Source of the DNA: an uncultured Candidatus Binatia bacterium
GTDB taxonomy: Bacteria; Desulfobacterota; Binatia; UBA9968; JAJDTQ01
Length of the DNA: 64,000 bases
NCBI GenBank assembly: GCA_965242525.1
Contig: OZ251459.1
Coordinates: forward strand, 128,001 to 192,000
Direction of reading: 5' to 3'
In this document: positions 19,636 to 30,907 of the stretch, in pieces
Layout of the letters: every line of letters begins with the position of its first letter
How positions within the stretch are numbered: the stretch's first letter is position 1
Made by a program: the position numbers and the translations under genes
Notes under the pieces: model-generated
Told to the model about the DNA's origin: nothing
Database searches by the model: none
Seen by the model: only the letters and a program-made list of their open reading frames with translations

Positions 19636-20904
19636 ATGGACAAGCCCCTGACGGGGGATCTCAGGACGGATGGCGGCGTGCTGGACCTGGCCGCCTACGA
19701 GGGGGTGGGCGGGTACGAGGCGCTCCGCCGGGTGCTCCGGGAGATGACCCCCGCGGAGGTACTCAAGGAGGTGACGGACTCCAGGCTCCGGGGCCGCGGC
19801 GGCGCGGGGTTTCCCACGGGCCAGAAGTGGAGCTTCGTGCCCATGGGAGACGACGCCCCGACGCCCAAGTACCTGGTGGCCAACGCCGACGAGATGGAGC
19901 CGGGGACGTTCAAGGACCGCATCCTGCTGGAAGGGAACCCACACCTGCTCATCGAGGGGATGATCCTGGCGGCCTATGCGATCCAGGCCGCCAAGGGGTA
20001 CGTCTTCCTGCGCTGGGCCTACAAGGTGGCGGCCGAGAGGATCTCCCGGGCCTTGGGCGAGGCCTGCGACAAGGGCTACCTGGGCAGGAACATCCTCGGC
20101 TCGGACTTCGGCTTCGAGCTGCGCCTGCACACCAGCGCCGGGCGCTACATGTGCGGCGAGGAGACCGGGTTGCTCAACGCGCTGGAGGGCAAGCGCGCCA
20201 ACCCCCGGGCCAAGCCGCCGTTCCCCCAGGTGAGCGGGCTCTGGGGCAAGCCCACCATCGTCCAGAACGTGGAGACCCTGTGCAACGTGGCCCCGATCCT
20301 CCGCAACGGCGCCCGGTGGTACCTGGACCTGAGCCGCAGCGAGGACGGCGGCACCAAGCTCTACGGCGTGAGCGGCCGGGTGAAGCGGCCGGGCGCCTGG
20401 GAGCTGCCGCTGGGGACCACCATCCGCGAGATCATCGAGCGGCGGGCCCGGGGCATGCGCGACGGCTACCGGTTCCGGGGCCTGCTGCCGGGGGGCGCTT
20501 CCACGGACTTCCTGGTGGAGGAGCACCTGGACGTGAAGATGGACTACCAGTCGGTGCAGGCCGCGGGCAGCCGCCTGGGCACGGGCCTGATGATCGTGCT
20601 GGACCACGAGACCTCGGTGGTGGGCATGGTGCTCAACCTGGAGCGCTTCTTCGCCCAGGAGTCCTGCGGCTGGTGCACGCCGTGCCGCGACGGCCTCCCC
20701 TGGACCGCCCGGATACTCCAGGGGCTGCTGGAGGGCCGGGGCCGCAAGGGGGACCTGGAGCGGCTGGAGATGCACACGCGGATGATGGGTCCCGGCAACA
20801 CCTTCTGCGCGCTGGCCCCCGGCGCCATGGAGCCGTTGCAGAGCGCCCTCAAGTACTTCCGGGAAGACTTCGAGAAACTCGTTCCCCGGAGCGACGCAGC
20901 ATGA
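19636..20904 (+). CDS. nuoF: NADH-quinone oxidoreductase subunit F
   Basis: LRGRGGAGFPTG, NADEMEPG, YMCGEET, ESCGWCTPCRDG. Alternative ATG at 19618. Confidence 0.95.
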   Translation: MDKPLTGDLRTDGGVLDLAAYEGVGGYEALRRVLREMTPAEVLKEVTDSRLRGRGGAGFPTGQKWSFVPMGDDAPTPKYLVANADEMEPGTFKDRILLEGNPHLLIEGMILAAYAIQAAKGYVFLRWAYKVAAERISRALGEACDKGYLGRNILGSDFGFELRLHTSAGRYMCGEETGLLNALEGKRANPRAKPPFPQVSGLWGKPTIVQNVETLCNVAPILRNGARWYLDLSRSEDGGTKLYGVSGRVKRPGAWELPLGTTIREIIERRARGMRDGYRFRGLLPGGASTDFLVEEHLDVKMDYQSVQAAGSRLGTGLMIVLDHETSVVGMVLNLERFFAQESCGWCTPCRDGLPWTARILQGLLEGRGRKGDLERLEMHTRMMGPGNTFCALAPGAMEPLQSALKYFREDFEKLVPRSDAA

Positions 20905-20910
20905 ACGATC

Positions 20911-23607
20911 ATGGCCACGATCCACGTTGACGACCGATCCTACGAGGTGGACCCCGGCAGGAACCTGCTGGAGGAGTGCCTCTCCCGGGGCCTGGACCTG
21001 CCCTACTTCTGCTGGCACCCGGCCCTGGGCTCGGTGGGCGCCTGCCGCCAGTGCGCGGTCAAGCAGTACCGGGACGAGAACGACGAGCGCGGCCGCATCG
21101 TCATGGCGTGCATGACGCCGGCCCTGGACGGCGCCCGCATCTCCATCCGCGACAAGGACGCGGCGCAGTTCCGGGCGGGCATCGTCGAGCTCCTGATGAG
21201 CAACCATCCCCACGACTGCCCGGTGTGCGACGAGGGCGGGGAGTGCCACCTCCAGGACATGACGGTGATGACCGGGCACAACTACCGGGGGTACCGTTTC
21301 GGCAAGCGCACCTTCGCCAACCAGCAACTGGGTCCGTTCCTCAACCACGAGATGAACCGGTGCATCACCTGCTACCGCTGCGTGCGTTTCTACCGGGACT
21401 ACGCCGGCGGCAAGGACCTGGACGCGTTCGCGTCCCACAACCACGTCTATTTCGGGCGCCACGAAGACGGCGTCCTGGAGAACGAGTTCAGCGGCAACCT
21501 GGTGGAGGTCTGCCCCACCGGGGTCTTCACCGACAAGACCCTGAAGCAGCACTACACCCGCAAGTGGGACCTGCAGACGGCCCCCTCCGTGTGCGCCCAT
21601 TGCAGCCTCGGTTGCAACACCATCGCCGGGGAGCGCTACGGCCGGCTCCGCCGCATCCTCAACCGCTACCACGCCGAGGTCAACGGCTATTTCCTGTGCG
21701 ACCGGGGGCGTTTCGGCTACGACTTCGTGAACGGCGACCGGCGCCTGCGGCGTCCGCTGGTGCAGGATCGGGACGAGGGCCGGCCGGTGGACGCCGGGGA
21801 GGCCCTGGACCGGGCCGCCTCGCTGCTGCGCCGGCCGTCCCGGGTCATCGGCATCGGCTCGCCCCGGGCGTCGCTGGAGGCCAACTTCGCGCTCCGCACC
21901 CTGGTGGGCGCCCACAACTTCTTCAGCGGCATGTCCGCGGGGGAGGACTACTTGGTGGCGCGCATGTTGCGGGCGCTCCGCGGCCCCGGAGTCCGCGCCC
22001 CGTCGTTGCGCGAAGTGGAGTCCGCGGACGCGGTCTTCGTGCTGGGGGAGGACCCCACCCAGACCGCGCCCCGCTTGGCCCTGGCCGTGCGCCAGGCGGC
22101 CGGGCAGGCGCCCCGGCGGGAGGCCATGCGGTTGCGCATCCCCGGGTGGGACGACGCCGCGTTGCGCGAGGCGATGCAGCAGCGGAAGGGGCCGGTCTAT
22201 GTGGCCGCCACCGGCGGCGCCAAGCTGGACGAAGCCGCGGCCAAGAGCTATCGGGGGGCGCCGGACGACGTGGCGCGCCTGGGGTTCGCGGTGGCCCGGA
22301 TCCTGGACGAGGACGCTCCTGCGGTGGAGGGGTTGCCGGAGGGGGACCGGGCCCTGGCCGAGGAGATCGCCGCGGCGCTGCGGCAGGCCGAGCGGCCGGT
22401 GGTGGTGTCCGGGTCCGGCAGCGGCAGCGAGGCGGTCATCGACGCGGCCGCGCAGGTGGCCCGGGCCCTGGGCCGGGAGCGGCCCGCGGACCTGTGCTTC
22501 ACCGCTTCCGAGTGCAACAGCTTCGGCCTGGGGCTGCTGAACGCAATGGGAACCGCGGACGCGTTCCAGCGGGTGGCGGACGGTCTGGCGGACACGGTGG
22601 TGGTGCTGGAGAACGACCTCTACCGCCGGGCGGGCCGCGCTTCGGTGGACGCCATGATGGCCGCGGCCCGGGTGGTGGCCATCGACCACTCGACCCACGC
22701 CACCGTGGCCGGGGCCCAAGTCGCCCTGCCGGCCGGCTCCTTCGCCGAGGCCGAGGGCACGGTGGTGAGCAACGAAGGCCGGGCCCAGCGGTTCTACCAG
22801 GTCTTCGTGCCCGAAGGCGACGTGCGGCCCGGTTGGCGCTGGCTGCGGGACTTGGCCCAGGCCGCGGGCCGCACGGAACTGGCGGGGCTCCGGTCGCCGG
22901 ACGACCTGCTGGCGGCGCTGGCCCGGGAGGTGGCGGCGTTCGGCCCGCTGCCGGAGAGCCTGCCCACCGCGGCGTACCGCGTGAACGGGGAGAAAGTGCC
23001 GCGCCAGTCGCCCCGGGCGAGCGGCCGCACCGCGGTCCGGGCGGACGTGGACGTCCACGAGACCAGGCCGCCGGCCGACCCGGATTCGCCGCTGTCGTTC
23101 TCCATGGAAGGCTATCCGCAGCAGCCGCCCTCGCCGCTCATCACCCGGTTCTGGGCGCCCGGCTGGAACTCGGTCCAGTCCCTCAACAAGTTCCAGTCCG
23201 AGGTGGGCGGCGCGCTGGCGGGAGGCGACCCGGGCCAACGGCTGATCGAGCCCGCGGCCGACGGGACCCCGGTGGACGCAGCCGAGGTCCCGGAGCCGTT
23301 CGAGCCGCGCAGCGGGGAAGTCCTGGTGGCGCCGCTGCACCACATATTCGGCTCGGAGGAATGGAGCGCGGCGTCCCCCGCAGTGGCTCAACGGATCCCC
23401 GGGCCCTACGCCGCCATGAACCCCGAGGACGCGCGCGAGCTGGGGGTGGAGGAAGGCGCGCTGGTGGAGGTCCGGCTCGACGGGGCCGCGTACCGGCTGC
23501 CGGCGCGCCTGACCGGGAGCATGACCCGGGGGGTCCTGGGCGTGCCCGTGGGCGTGGCCGTGACGGGCGTGGACCTGCCGGCCTGGAGCCCCTGCCGCAA
23601 GGTGTGA
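20911..23607 (+). CDS. nuoG: NADH-quinone oxidoreductase subunit G (long form)
   Basis: [37 protein letters not shown], and N7 motif CAHCSLGC...CDRG. Confidence 0.95.
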   Translation: MATIHVDDRSYEVDPGRNLLEECLSRGLDLPYFCWHPALGSVGACRQCAVKQYRDENDERGRIVMACMTPALDGARISIRDKDAAQFRAGIVELLMSNHPHDCPVCDEGGECHLQDMTVMTGHNYRGYRFGKRTFANQQLGPFLNHEMNRCITCYRCVRFYRDYAGGKDLDAFASHNHVYFGRHEDGVLENEFSGNLVEVCPTGVFTDKTLKQHYTRKWDLQTAPSVCAHCSLGCNTIAGERYGRLRRILNRYHAEVNGYFLCDRGRFGYDFVNGDRRLRRPLVQDRDEGRPVDAGEALDRAASLLRRPSRVIGIGSPRASLEANFALRTLVGAHNFFSGMSAGEDYLVARMLRALRGPGVRAPSLREVESADAVFVLGEDPTQTAPRLALAVRQAAGQAPRREAMRLRIPGWDDAALREAMQQRKGPVYVAATGGAKLDEAAAKSYRGAPDDVARLGFAVARILDEDAPAVEGLPEGDRALAEEIAAALRQAERPVVVSGSGSGSEAVIDAAAQVARALGRERPADLCFTASECNSFGLGLLNAMGTADAFQRVADGLADTVVVLENDLYRRAGRASVDAMMAAARVVAIDHSTHATVAGAQVALPAGSFAEAEGTVVSNEGRAQRFYQVFVPEGDVRPGWRWLRDLAQAAGRTELAGLRSPDDLLAALAREVAAFGPLPESLPTAAYRVNGEKVPRQSPRASGRTAVRADVDVHETRPPADPDSPLSFSMEGYPQQPPSPLITRFWAPGWNSVQSLNKFQSEVGGALAGGDPGQRLIEPAADGTPVDAAEVPEPFEPRSGEVLVAPLHHIFGSEEWSAASPAVAQRIPGPYAAMNPEDARELGVEEGALVEVRLDGAAYRLPARLTGSMTRGVLGVPVGVAVTGVDLPAWSPCRKV

Positions 23608-23608
23608 C

Positions 23609-24565
23609 GTGACGGACGTTGCTTTGCAGATCGCGGTGGTCCTGGGGGTGCTCAACGCCCCCCTGGTCATCGCCGCGCTGCTCATCTGGGTGGAGCGGCG
23701 GTTCCTGGCCCTGTTGCAGGACCGCTACGGCCCCAACCGGGTGGGGCCCTTCGGCCTCGGCCAGGTGCTGGCCGACATGATCAAGATCTTCACCAAGGAG
23801 GACTGGGTCCCGCCGTTCGCGGACCGGGCCGTGTTCACCCTGGCCCCGGCGGTGATCGTCGTCACCGGGCTCATGTCCGTGGCGGTCATCCCCATCACCG
23901 AGACCATCGGGGTGACGGACCTGAACATCGGCCTGCTGTTCTTCCTCGCCATGTCGTCCATGGGGGTGTACAGCGTGGTGCTGGCGGGTTGGGCCTCCAA
24001 CAACAAGTACGCCCTCCTGGGCGCGCTCCGGGCCTCGGCCCAGATGGTTAGCTACGAAGTGTTCATGGGGCTGTCGCTCATGGGGGTGGTGCTGCTGGCG
24101 GGCTCCTTCAGCCTCCGGGACATCGTGGACGCCCAACGGGATCTCTGGTTCATCGTGCCGCAGTTCCTGGGCTTCGTCATATTCTTCATCGCCGGGCTTG
24201 CCGAGACCCATCGCCTGCCCTTCGACCTGCCCGAGGCCGAGGCCGAGCTGGTGGCGGGTTTCCACTCCGAGTACTCGGGAATGAAGTTCGGCATGTTCTT
24301 CGTGGGCGAGTACATCGGCGTGACCCTGATCGCCGCCATGATCGTGACGCTGTTCTTCGGCGGCTGGACGGGGCCGGTGCTTCCGGGCATCGTGTGGTTC
24401 CTGCTGAAACTGCTGTTCTTCATACTCGTGTTCATCCTGCTGCGGGCGGCGTTGCCCCGGCCGCGGTTCGACCAGTTGATGGCGTTCGGCTGGAAGGTGT
24501 TGTTGCCGTTGTCGCTGCTGAACCTCGTGGTGACGGCCGGAGTGCTGTTGCTCGCGAAGGGGTGA
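23609..24565 (+). CDS. nuoH: NADH-quinone oxidoreductase subunit H
   Basis: [28 protein letters not shown]. Confidence 0.95.
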   Translation: MTDVALQIAVVLGVLNAPLVIAALLIWVERRFLALLQDRYGPNRVGPFGLGQVLADMIKIFTKEDWVPPFADRAVFTLAPAVIVVTGLMSVAVIPITETIGVTDLNIGLLFFLAMSSMGVYSVVLAGWASNNKYALLGALRASAQMVSYEVFMGLSLMGVVLLAGSFSLRDIVDAQRDLWFIVPQFLGFVIFFIAGLAETHRLPFDLPEAEAELVAGFHSEYSGMKFGMFFVGEYIGVTLIAAMIVTLFFGGWTGPVLPGIVWFLLKLLFFILVFILLRAALPRPRFDQLMAFGWKVLLPLSLLNLVVTAGVLLLAKG

Positions 24566-24575
24566 GGAGTCGCCG

Positions 24576-25091
24576 ATGTTGAGCGTGTTGCGAACGATCT
24601 GGACGGTGCTGCTGCACATGTTCCGGCAGCGTGTGACCGTGCAGTACCCGGAGGAGAAGCCGCAGCTCCCGCCCCGCTACCGGGGCCGGATCATCCTTTC
24701 CCGGGACCCGGACGGGGACGAGCGCTGCGTGGGCTGCTACCTGTGCTCCGCGGCGTGCCCGGTGGACTGCATCGCGCTCCAGGCCGCGGAGCGGGAAGAC
24801 GGCCGGCGTTATCCCGAGTTCTTCCGCATCAATTTCTCGCGCTGCATCTTCTGCGGCCTGTGCGAGGAGGCGTGCCCCACCTACGCCATCCAGCTAACCC
24901 CGGACTTCGAGTTGTGCGACTACGACCGGCAGAGCCTGGTCTATGAAAAGGAAGACCTGTTGATCAACGGCCCCGGCAAGTACCCGGGTTACAACTTCTA
25001 CCGGGTGGCGGGTCTCGCCATCGACGGCAAGGACAAGGGGGCGGCCGAGAACGAGGACGAGCCCGTGGACGTCCGGAGCCTGCTCCCTTGA
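24576..25091 (+). CDS. nuoI: NADH-quinone oxidoreductase subunit I
   Basis: Two CxxCxxCxxxCP ferredoxin motifs. Confidence 0.96.
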   Translation: MLSVLRTIWTVLLHMFRQRVTVQYPEEKPQLPPRYRGRIILSRDPDGDERCVGCYLCSAACPVDCIALQAAEREDGRRYPEFFRINFSRCIFCGLCEEACPTYAIQLTPDFELCDYDRQSLVYEKEDLLINGPGKYPGYNFYRVAGLAIDGKDKGAAENEDEPVDVRSLLP

Positions 25092-25137
25092 CGGGCGCGG
25101 TCCGCACCGGTCCGCGTCCCGGCCCCCGAAGGACCCC

Positions 25138-25650
25138 ATGACCCTGCTCTACTACCTGGCGTCCGCGGTGGCGGTGGCGGCCACCGCCATGGTGATCACG
25201 CGCTCCAACGCGGTGCACGCGCTGCTGTACATGGTCGTGTCGCTGCTGGCCCTGGCGCTGGTCTTCTTCACCCTGGGGGCCCCCTTCGTGGCCGCCCTGG
25301 AGGTGATCATCTACGCCGGCGCCATCGTGGTGCTGTTCGTGTTCGTCATCATGATGCTCAACCTCGGGGCCGAGGCCACCGAGCGCGAGCGGCGTTGGCT
25401 CGACCCCGCGGCCTGGCGGGGCCCGGCGATCCTCACGGGCGTCCTGCTGGTGGAGTTCCTGGCGCTGCTCGCAACGGACTCCGCGGACCCGGGCGCGTCC
25501 GCGGGCGTCGGGGTCAAGCGCGTGGGCGCGGCGCTCTACGGCCCCTACGTGCTGGGGGTCGAGCTGGCCGCCATGCTGTTGCTGGCGGGCCTGGTGGGGG
25601 CCTTCCACCTGGGCCGCCGGGAGCCGTCGGACGGCGAGGATGAGTCGTGA
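25138..25650 (+). CDS. nuoJ: NADH-quinone oxidoreductase subunit J
   Basis: [24 protein letters not shown]. Confidence 0.95.
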   Translation: MTLLYYLASAVAVAATAMVITRSNAVHALLYMVVSLLALALVFFTLGAPFVAALEVIIYAGAIVVLFVFVIMMLNLGAEATERERRWLDPAAWRGPAILTGVLLVEFLALLATDSADPGASAGVGVKRVGAALYGPYVLGVELAAMLLLAGLVGAFHLGRREPSDGEDES

Positions 25651-25958
25651 CGGCCGGCGTCCCCATGGAGCACGGGCTCGCGCTGGCCGCGGTGCTGTTC
25701 GGGCTGGGGCTCACCGGCGTGCTGGTGCGCCGCAACATCATCTTCGTCCTGCTTTCCCTGGAGATCATGCTCAACGCCGCGGCCCTGGCCTTCGTGGTGG
25801 CGGGGGCCCACTGGGGGCAGGCCGACGGACAGGTCATGTTCTTCTTCATCCTGGCCATGGCCGCGGCCGAGGTGGCGGTGGGCCTCGCCCTGGTGGTGCA
25901 GGTCTATCATCGGTTCCACACCCTGGACGTGGATGCGGTGAGCGACTTGAGGGGATGA
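25647..25958 (+). CDS. nuoK: NADH-quinone oxidoreductase subunit K
   Basis: [23 protein letters not shown]. Confidence 0.95.
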   Translation: MTAGVPMEHGLALAAVLFGLGLTGVLVRRNIIFVLLSLEIMLNAAALAFVVAGAHWGQADGQVMFFFILAMAAAEVAVGLALVVQVYHRFHTLDVDAVSDLRG

Positions 25959-25959
25959 C

Positions 25960-27870
25960 ATGCTCGAGCTGCTGTGGCTGATACCGGCCTTTCCCCTGGC
26001 CGGCTTCCTGGTCCTCGTCCTCGTGGGGTCCCGCCTCTCGCGCACCGAGACGGCCTGGGTGGGCGCCGGCTCCGTGGGCCTGTCCGCGGCGGTGACGCTG
26101 CTGGTGGGCCTGAGCTTCCTGGCCGCGCCGCCCCCGGGGGACCGCTTCGTCCAGACCCTGTGGGTGTGGCTGGACGTGGCCGGCTTCCGGCCCGCCTTCG
26201 CCTTCCACCTGGACGCCCTGTCCCTGGCCATGATCTTCGTGGTGACGTTCGTGGGCTTCCTCATCCACCTGTACTCGGTCGAGTACATGATGGAGGAGGA
26301 GGAAGGCTACAGCCGCTTCTTCGCCTACATGAACCTGTTCGTCTGCGCCATGCTCACGTTGCTGCTGGCGGACAACCTGATGCTGTTGCTGCTCGGTTGG
26401 GAAGGCGTGGGCCTGTGCAGCTACCTCCTGATCGGCTTCTTCTACAAGGACGAAGCCAACGGCCGGGCGGCGAGCAAGGCGTTCATCGTCACCCGGGTGG
26501 GGGACACGGCCATGCTGGTGGCGTTGTTCCTCCTGTTCGCGGAGTTGGGGACGCTGGACATCCAGGAGCTGCTCCAACGGGCAGGGCAGCAGTTCGAGCC
26601 GGGTTCGGGAATGGCCGCGGCGGTGGCCCTGCTGTTGCTGGGAGGGGCGGTGGGCAAGTCCGCCCAACTGCCCCTGCAGACGTGGCTGCCGGACGCCATG
26701 GCCGGGCCCACCCCGGTGAGCGCCCTCATCCACGCGGCCACCATGGTCACGGCCGGCGTCTATCTCATCGCACGCACGCACGTGCTGTTCACCCTGGCCC
26801 CCGCGGTGCTGACGCTGGTGGCGGTGGTGGGCGCCCTCACCCTGTTGATGGCGGGCTTCGCGGCGCTGGCGCAGTACGACATCAAGCGGGTGCTGGCCTA
26901 TTCTACTATCAGCCAGATCGGCTACATGTTCCTGGCCCTGGGCGTGGGCGCGTGGTCCGCGGCGTTGTTCCACTTCATGGTCCACGCCTTCTTCAAGGCG
27001 CTGCTGTTCCTGGGCGCGGGCGCGGTCATCCTGTGCCTGCACCACGAGCAGGACATGCGCCGCATGGGCGGGCTGCGCCGGCGGATGCCGTTCACCTTCC
27101 GGTGCTTCCTCGTCGGCGCAGGCGCGCTGGCGGCCATCCCGGTGGTCACCGCGGGCTTCTACAGCAAGGACCTGATCATCTGGAACGCCTACAACTCGGA
27201 GGTCGGCAGCGTCTGGCTCTGGGCCGGCGCCCTGGCCGGGGCGCTGCTCACGTCCCTCTACACCTTCCGCATGGTGTTCCTGACCTTCTTCCGGGAGGCC
27301 ACAGAATGGGTGAGGAAGCTCGCGCCCATCCGCGAGCCGGGGCCGTGCGTCCGGGTCCCGCTGGGCGTCCTCGCGTTCCTTTCGGTGGTGGCCGGGGTCA
27401 TCGAGCTGCCCCACACCATGGGCAAGCTGACGCTGTTCTCGGACTTCCTGCACACCGCGTTGCCCGAGTTCCACGGCGCCCATGCGAGCTACGGCGCCGA
27501 GTTGCTGTTCGAGCTCCTGGCCGCGGCCGCCTCCCTGGGCGGCGTCTATCTGGCGTGGACGCTCGTGATGGGGCCGCCCCGTTACCGGGAGCGCCTCGCC
27601 GCGCTGCCCTGGGCGCCCCGGGTGGAGCGGCTATGGCTTTCCGGCTGGGGTTTCGACCATCTCTATGACGCGCTCTTCGTCCGGCCCTGGCTGTGGTGCG
27701 CCCGGGTCAACAAGGGCGACTTCATCGACCGGGGCTACCGCGCGGTGGCCTTCGCCGCCGAGATGCTGCACTTGGCGGCCAGCCTGACCCAGACGGGAGC
27801 GGTGCGGTGGTACGCCACCGGCATCGCCGCGGGGGCGGTGGTGACCGTGGGATTGGTGATCCTCCTGTGA
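25960..27870 (+). CDS. nuoL: NADH-quinone oxidoreductase subunit L
   Basis: GKSAQLPLQTWLPDAMAGPTPVSALIHAATMV, HAFFKALLF. Confidence 0.96.
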   Translation: MLELLWLIPAFPLAGFLVLVLVGSRLSRTETAWVGAGSVGLSAAVTLLVGLSFLAAPPPGDRFVQTLWVWLDVAGFRPAFAFHLDALSLAMIFVVTFVGFLIHLYSVEYMMEEEEGYSRFFAYMNLFVCAMLTLLLADNLMLLLLGWEGVGLCSYLLIGFFYKDEANGRAASKAFIVTRVGDTAMLVALFLLFAELGTLDIQELLQRAGQQFEPGSGMAAAVALLLLGGAVGKSAQLPLQTWLPDAMAGPTPVSALIHAATMVTAGVYLIARTHVLFTLAPAVLTLVAVVGALTLLMAGFAALAQYDIKRVLAYSTISQIGYMFLALGVGAWSAALFHFMVHAFFKALLFLGAGAVILCLHHEQDMRRMGGLRRRMPFTFRCFLVGAGALAAIPVVTAGFYSKDLIIWNAYNSEVGSVWLWAGALAGALLTSLYTFRMVFLTFFREATEWVRKLAPIREPGPCVRVPLGVLAFLSVVAGVIELPHTMGKLTLFSDFLHTALPEFHGAHASYGAELLFELLAAAASLGGVYLAWTLVMGPPRYRERLAALPWAPRVERLWLSGWGFDHLYDALFVRPWLWCARVNKGDFIDRGYRAVAFAAEMLHLAASLTQTGAVRWYATGIAAGAVVTVGLVILL

Positions 27871-29435
27871 GCCTCGTCTGGATACTGCTGATTCCGGCCG
27901 CGGGCGGCGCCGCGGCGTGGGTTTCCGGCCGCTGGAGCGACCTGTGGCCCCGCTGGATCTCGCTGGGCGCGGCGGCCCTCCACCTGCTGGTGCTGCTGGT
28001 CATCTGGGGCGTCTTCCTGGCCCGGATCGAGACCGGGCAGGAGGCGTGGCTGATGGTTTACCGGCAGCCCTGGATCCCCCCGCTGGGCATCGACTTCCAC
28101 CTGGCGGTGGACGGCCTCAGCCTGCTGCTGCTGCTGCTGGCGAGCTTCCTGACCCTGCTGGCGGTGTTGACGTCGTGGACCTCGGTCCGGCGCTCCGTGG
28201 GGTTCTTCCATTTCAACCTGCTGCTCATCCTCACGTCCCTGTCCGGCGTGTTCATGGCCTTCGACCTGTTCCTCTTCTTCGCCTTCTGGGAGGTCTCCCT
28301 GTTGCCGCTGTACTTCCTCATCGGCATCTGGGGGTACGAGAACCGGGTTTACGCCACCACCAAGTTCTTCCTCATCACCCAGGGCAGCGGCCTGCTCATG
28401 CTGCTGGCCATACTGGGGCTGGCGGCGGTGCATTGGCGGTCCACCGGGGTGCTGACCTTCGACTACCTGGAACTGGTGGGGACCCCCATGTCCGACGCCG
28501 TCGCGTGCTGGCTGATGCTGGGGTTCTTCGTCGCCTTTGCCGTGAAGCTGCCGGTGGTGCCGTTCCACACCTGGCTGCCGGACGCCCATACGCAGGCCCC
28601 CACCGCGGGCAGCGTGGCCCTGGCCGGCCTCGTCCTCAAGATCGGCGCCTACGGCATGATCCGGTTCGTGGTGCCGATCTTTCCCCAGGCGGCCGCGGAC
28701 TTCACCCTCGCGGCCATGACGCTGGCGGTGGTCGGCATCCTCTACGGCGCGCTGCTGGCCTTCGGCCAGACCGACCTGAAGCGCATGGTGGCTTACACCA
28801 GCATCAGCCACATGGGCTTCGTCCTGCTGGGGATCTTCGCCTGGAACGAGCTCGCGCTCCAGGGCGCGGTCATCATCATGCTGTCCCACGGGTTCAGCGC
28901 CGGCGCCCTGTTCATGATGGTGGGCGACCTGCAGCACCGCACGCATACCCGTGACCTGAACCGCCTCGGCGGCCTGTGGGCGGTGGCCCCGCGCATGGGC
29001 GGCGTGGGCGCGTTCTTCGCCATGGCGTCGCTGGGACTGCCGGGGCTGGCCAGTTTCGTGGGCGAGTTCCTGGTGCTGCTGGGCGCGTTCCAGGTCAACG
29101 CGCCGTTGGCGGTGCTGGCCTCGGCGGGCCTCGTGGCCGCCACGGTCTATTCCCTGTGGATGATGCAGAAGGTCTTCTACGGGGGCAATCCGGAGGACTG
29201 GCGGGTCGAAGACGCCAACGGCCGGGAGATGGCCATCATGGCCTCCCTGATCGGGGCGACCCTGTGGCTGGGCCTCTACCCGCAACCGGTGCTGACCACC
29301 TCCGGACACGGCCTGGGCGAGATGCGGAAGTTCGCAGAGGAAGCCCGGTCCCGGGCCTCCCGCGCCGGTGGCGTGGAACCCCGCGAGGCCGAAGCCGTGG
29401 CGTCCGCGCCGCCGGCGGGAGGCAACCGGCCGTGA
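27867..29435 (+). CDS. nuoM: NADH-quinone oxidoreductase subunit M
   Basis: GTG start overlaps the nuoL stop; PFHTWLPDAH, AYTSISHMG, FVGEF. Confidence 0.95.
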   Translation: MSLVWILLIPAAGGAAAWVSGRWSDLWPRWISLGAAALHLLVLLVIWGVFLARIETGQEAWLMVYRQPWIPPLGIDFHLAVDGLSLLLLLLASFLTLLAVLTSWTSVRRSVGFFHFNLLLILTSLSGVFMAFDLFLFFAFWEVSLLPLYFLIGIWGYENRVYATTKFFLITQGSGLLMLLAILGLAAVHWRSTGVLTFDYLELVGTPMSDAVACWLMLGFFVAFAVKLPVVPFHTWLPDAHTQAPTAGSVALAGLVLKIGAYGMIRFVVPIFPQAAADFTLAAMTLAVVGILYGALLAFGQTDLKRMVAYTSISHMGFVLLGIFAWNELALQGAVIIMLSHGFSAGALFMMVGDLQHRTHTRDLNRLGGLWAVAPRMGGVGAFFAMASLGLPGLASFVGEFLVLLGAFQVNAPLAVLASAGLVAATVYSLWMMQKVFYGGNPEDWRVEDANGREMAIMASLIGATLWLGLYPQPVLTTSGHGLGEMRKFAEEARSRASRAGGVEPREAEAVASAPPAGGNRP

Positions 29436-30877
29436 CCGGGCTGCACGCGCTGACTCCCCTCGTCCTGCTGGGCGTGACGCCGCTGGCGCTCATGCTGGCG
29501 ATCTCGTTCCGCCGCAGCCACCGGCTGGCCGCGGCCCTGTCCCTGGCGGGTCTCGCCCTGACCCTTGCGGTGCTGCCCGGGGCGGCCGGGAGCGCGGCGC
29601 CGCCGGTGGCGCCGCTTCTGGTCATCGACGCGTACGCGCTCTTCTACATCGGGCTGCTTTCCGCTGCCACGCTGGTGGTGGTAGTGCTGTCGTACGGCTA
29701 CCTGGAGCGCCTGCCGGGCCGCCCGGAGGAGTTCTACCTGCTGCTCACGCTGGCCGCGTTCGGGAGCGCGGTGTTGACGGCGAGCAACCACTTCGTGTCG
29801 TTCTTCCTGGGACTGGAGATCCTGAGCGTATCCCTGTACGGACTGGTGGCCTACGTTCGCACCACCCGGACGGCGCTGGAGTCCGGCGTCAAGTACCTGA
29901 TCCTGGCGGCGGCGTCCGCGGCCTTCCTGCTCTTCGGCATGGCGCTGATCTACGCGGCCCTGGGCACCATGGACTTCACCGCCATGACCGCGGTGCTGGC
30001 GGGCAAGACGCAGGAGTGGAACCCGTTGCTGCTCGGGGGCTTCGCCATGGTGGTCATCGGCGCCGGGTTCAAGCTGGCGGTGGCGCCCTTCCACATGTGG
30101 GCGCCGGACGTGTACCAGGGAGCGCCCGCGCCGGTGACGGCCTTCCTCACCACCGTTTCCAAGGGCGCCATGGTGGCGCTGCTGCTCCGGTACGCCCGGT
30201 ACGGCGGCCTTCTGGACTACTCGTCGGTGGCTCTGGCGCTGGGACTCGTGGCCGCGGCCTCCATGTTCCTGGGCAACCTCCTGGCGTTGCTGCAGGACAA
30301 CGTCAAGCGCCTGCTGGCCTGTTCCTCCATCGCCCATCTCGGTTACCTGCTGGTGGCGGTCATCGCCGCCTCCCGGGAAGGCTCCCACGCGGTGACCTTC
30401 TACCTGGTGGCGTACTTCGTCACGTCGCTGGGGATCTTCGGCATCATCACCGCGCTCTCGGACGAGCGCCGGGAGGCCGACGACCTGGACGACTACCGGG
30501 GCCTGTTCTGGCGCCGCCCCTGGGTGAGCGCCGCCCTGACGCTGATGCTGTTCTCCCTGGCGGGGATCCCGCTCACCGCGGGGTTCGTGGGCAAGTTCTA
30601 CGTGCTGGCCGCCGGGGTCCTGTCCGACCTGTGGGCCCTCGTCATCCTGCTCGTGGCCAGCAGCGTCATCGGCCTCTACTACTACCTGCGCTTCATCATC
30701 ACCCTGTACCTGTCCGCTCCCGAGGCCGAGACCCGCTCCCCCCTGCCCGCTTCCCGGCGGTTCTCCTTCCCCGAAGGTCTCGTGCTGGCCGGCCTCACGG
30801 TACTGCTGGTCTGGTTCGGCGTGTACCCGGCGCCGCTCCTGGGCGCCATCCAGGCCGCGGTGGGCAGCCTGACCTGA
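29432..30877 (+). CDS. nuoN: NADH-quinone oxidoreductase subunit N
   Basis: GTG start overlaps the nuoM stop; PFHMWAPDVYQGAP, SLAGIPLTAGFVGKF, YYYLR. Confidence 0.95.
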   Translation: MTGLHALTPLVLLGVTPLALMLAISFRRSHRLAAALSLAGLALTLAVLPGAAGSAAPPVAPLLVIDAYALFYIGLLSAATLVVVVLSYGYLERLPGRPEEFYLLLTLAAFGSAVLTASNHFVSFFLGLEILSVSLYGLVAYVRTTRTALESGVKYLILAAASAAFLLFGMALIYAALGTMDFTAMTAVLAGKTQEWNPLLLGGFAMVVIGAGFKLAVAPFHMWAPDVYQGAPAPVTAFLTTVSKGAMVALLLRYARYGGLLDYSSVALALGLVAAASMFLGNLLALLQDNVKRLLACSSIAHLGYLLVAVIAASREGSHAVTFYLVAYFVTSLGIFGIITALSDERREADDLDDYRGLFWRRPWVSAALTLMLFSLAGIPLTAGFVGKFYVLAAGVLSDLWALVILLVASSVIGLYYYLRFIITLYLSAPEAETRSPLPASRRFSFPEGLVLAGLTVLLVWFGVYPAPLLGAIQAAVGSLT

Positions 30878-30907
30878 AGCCGCGGGAAGTCCCGGGTGAG
30901 CCGCTCG

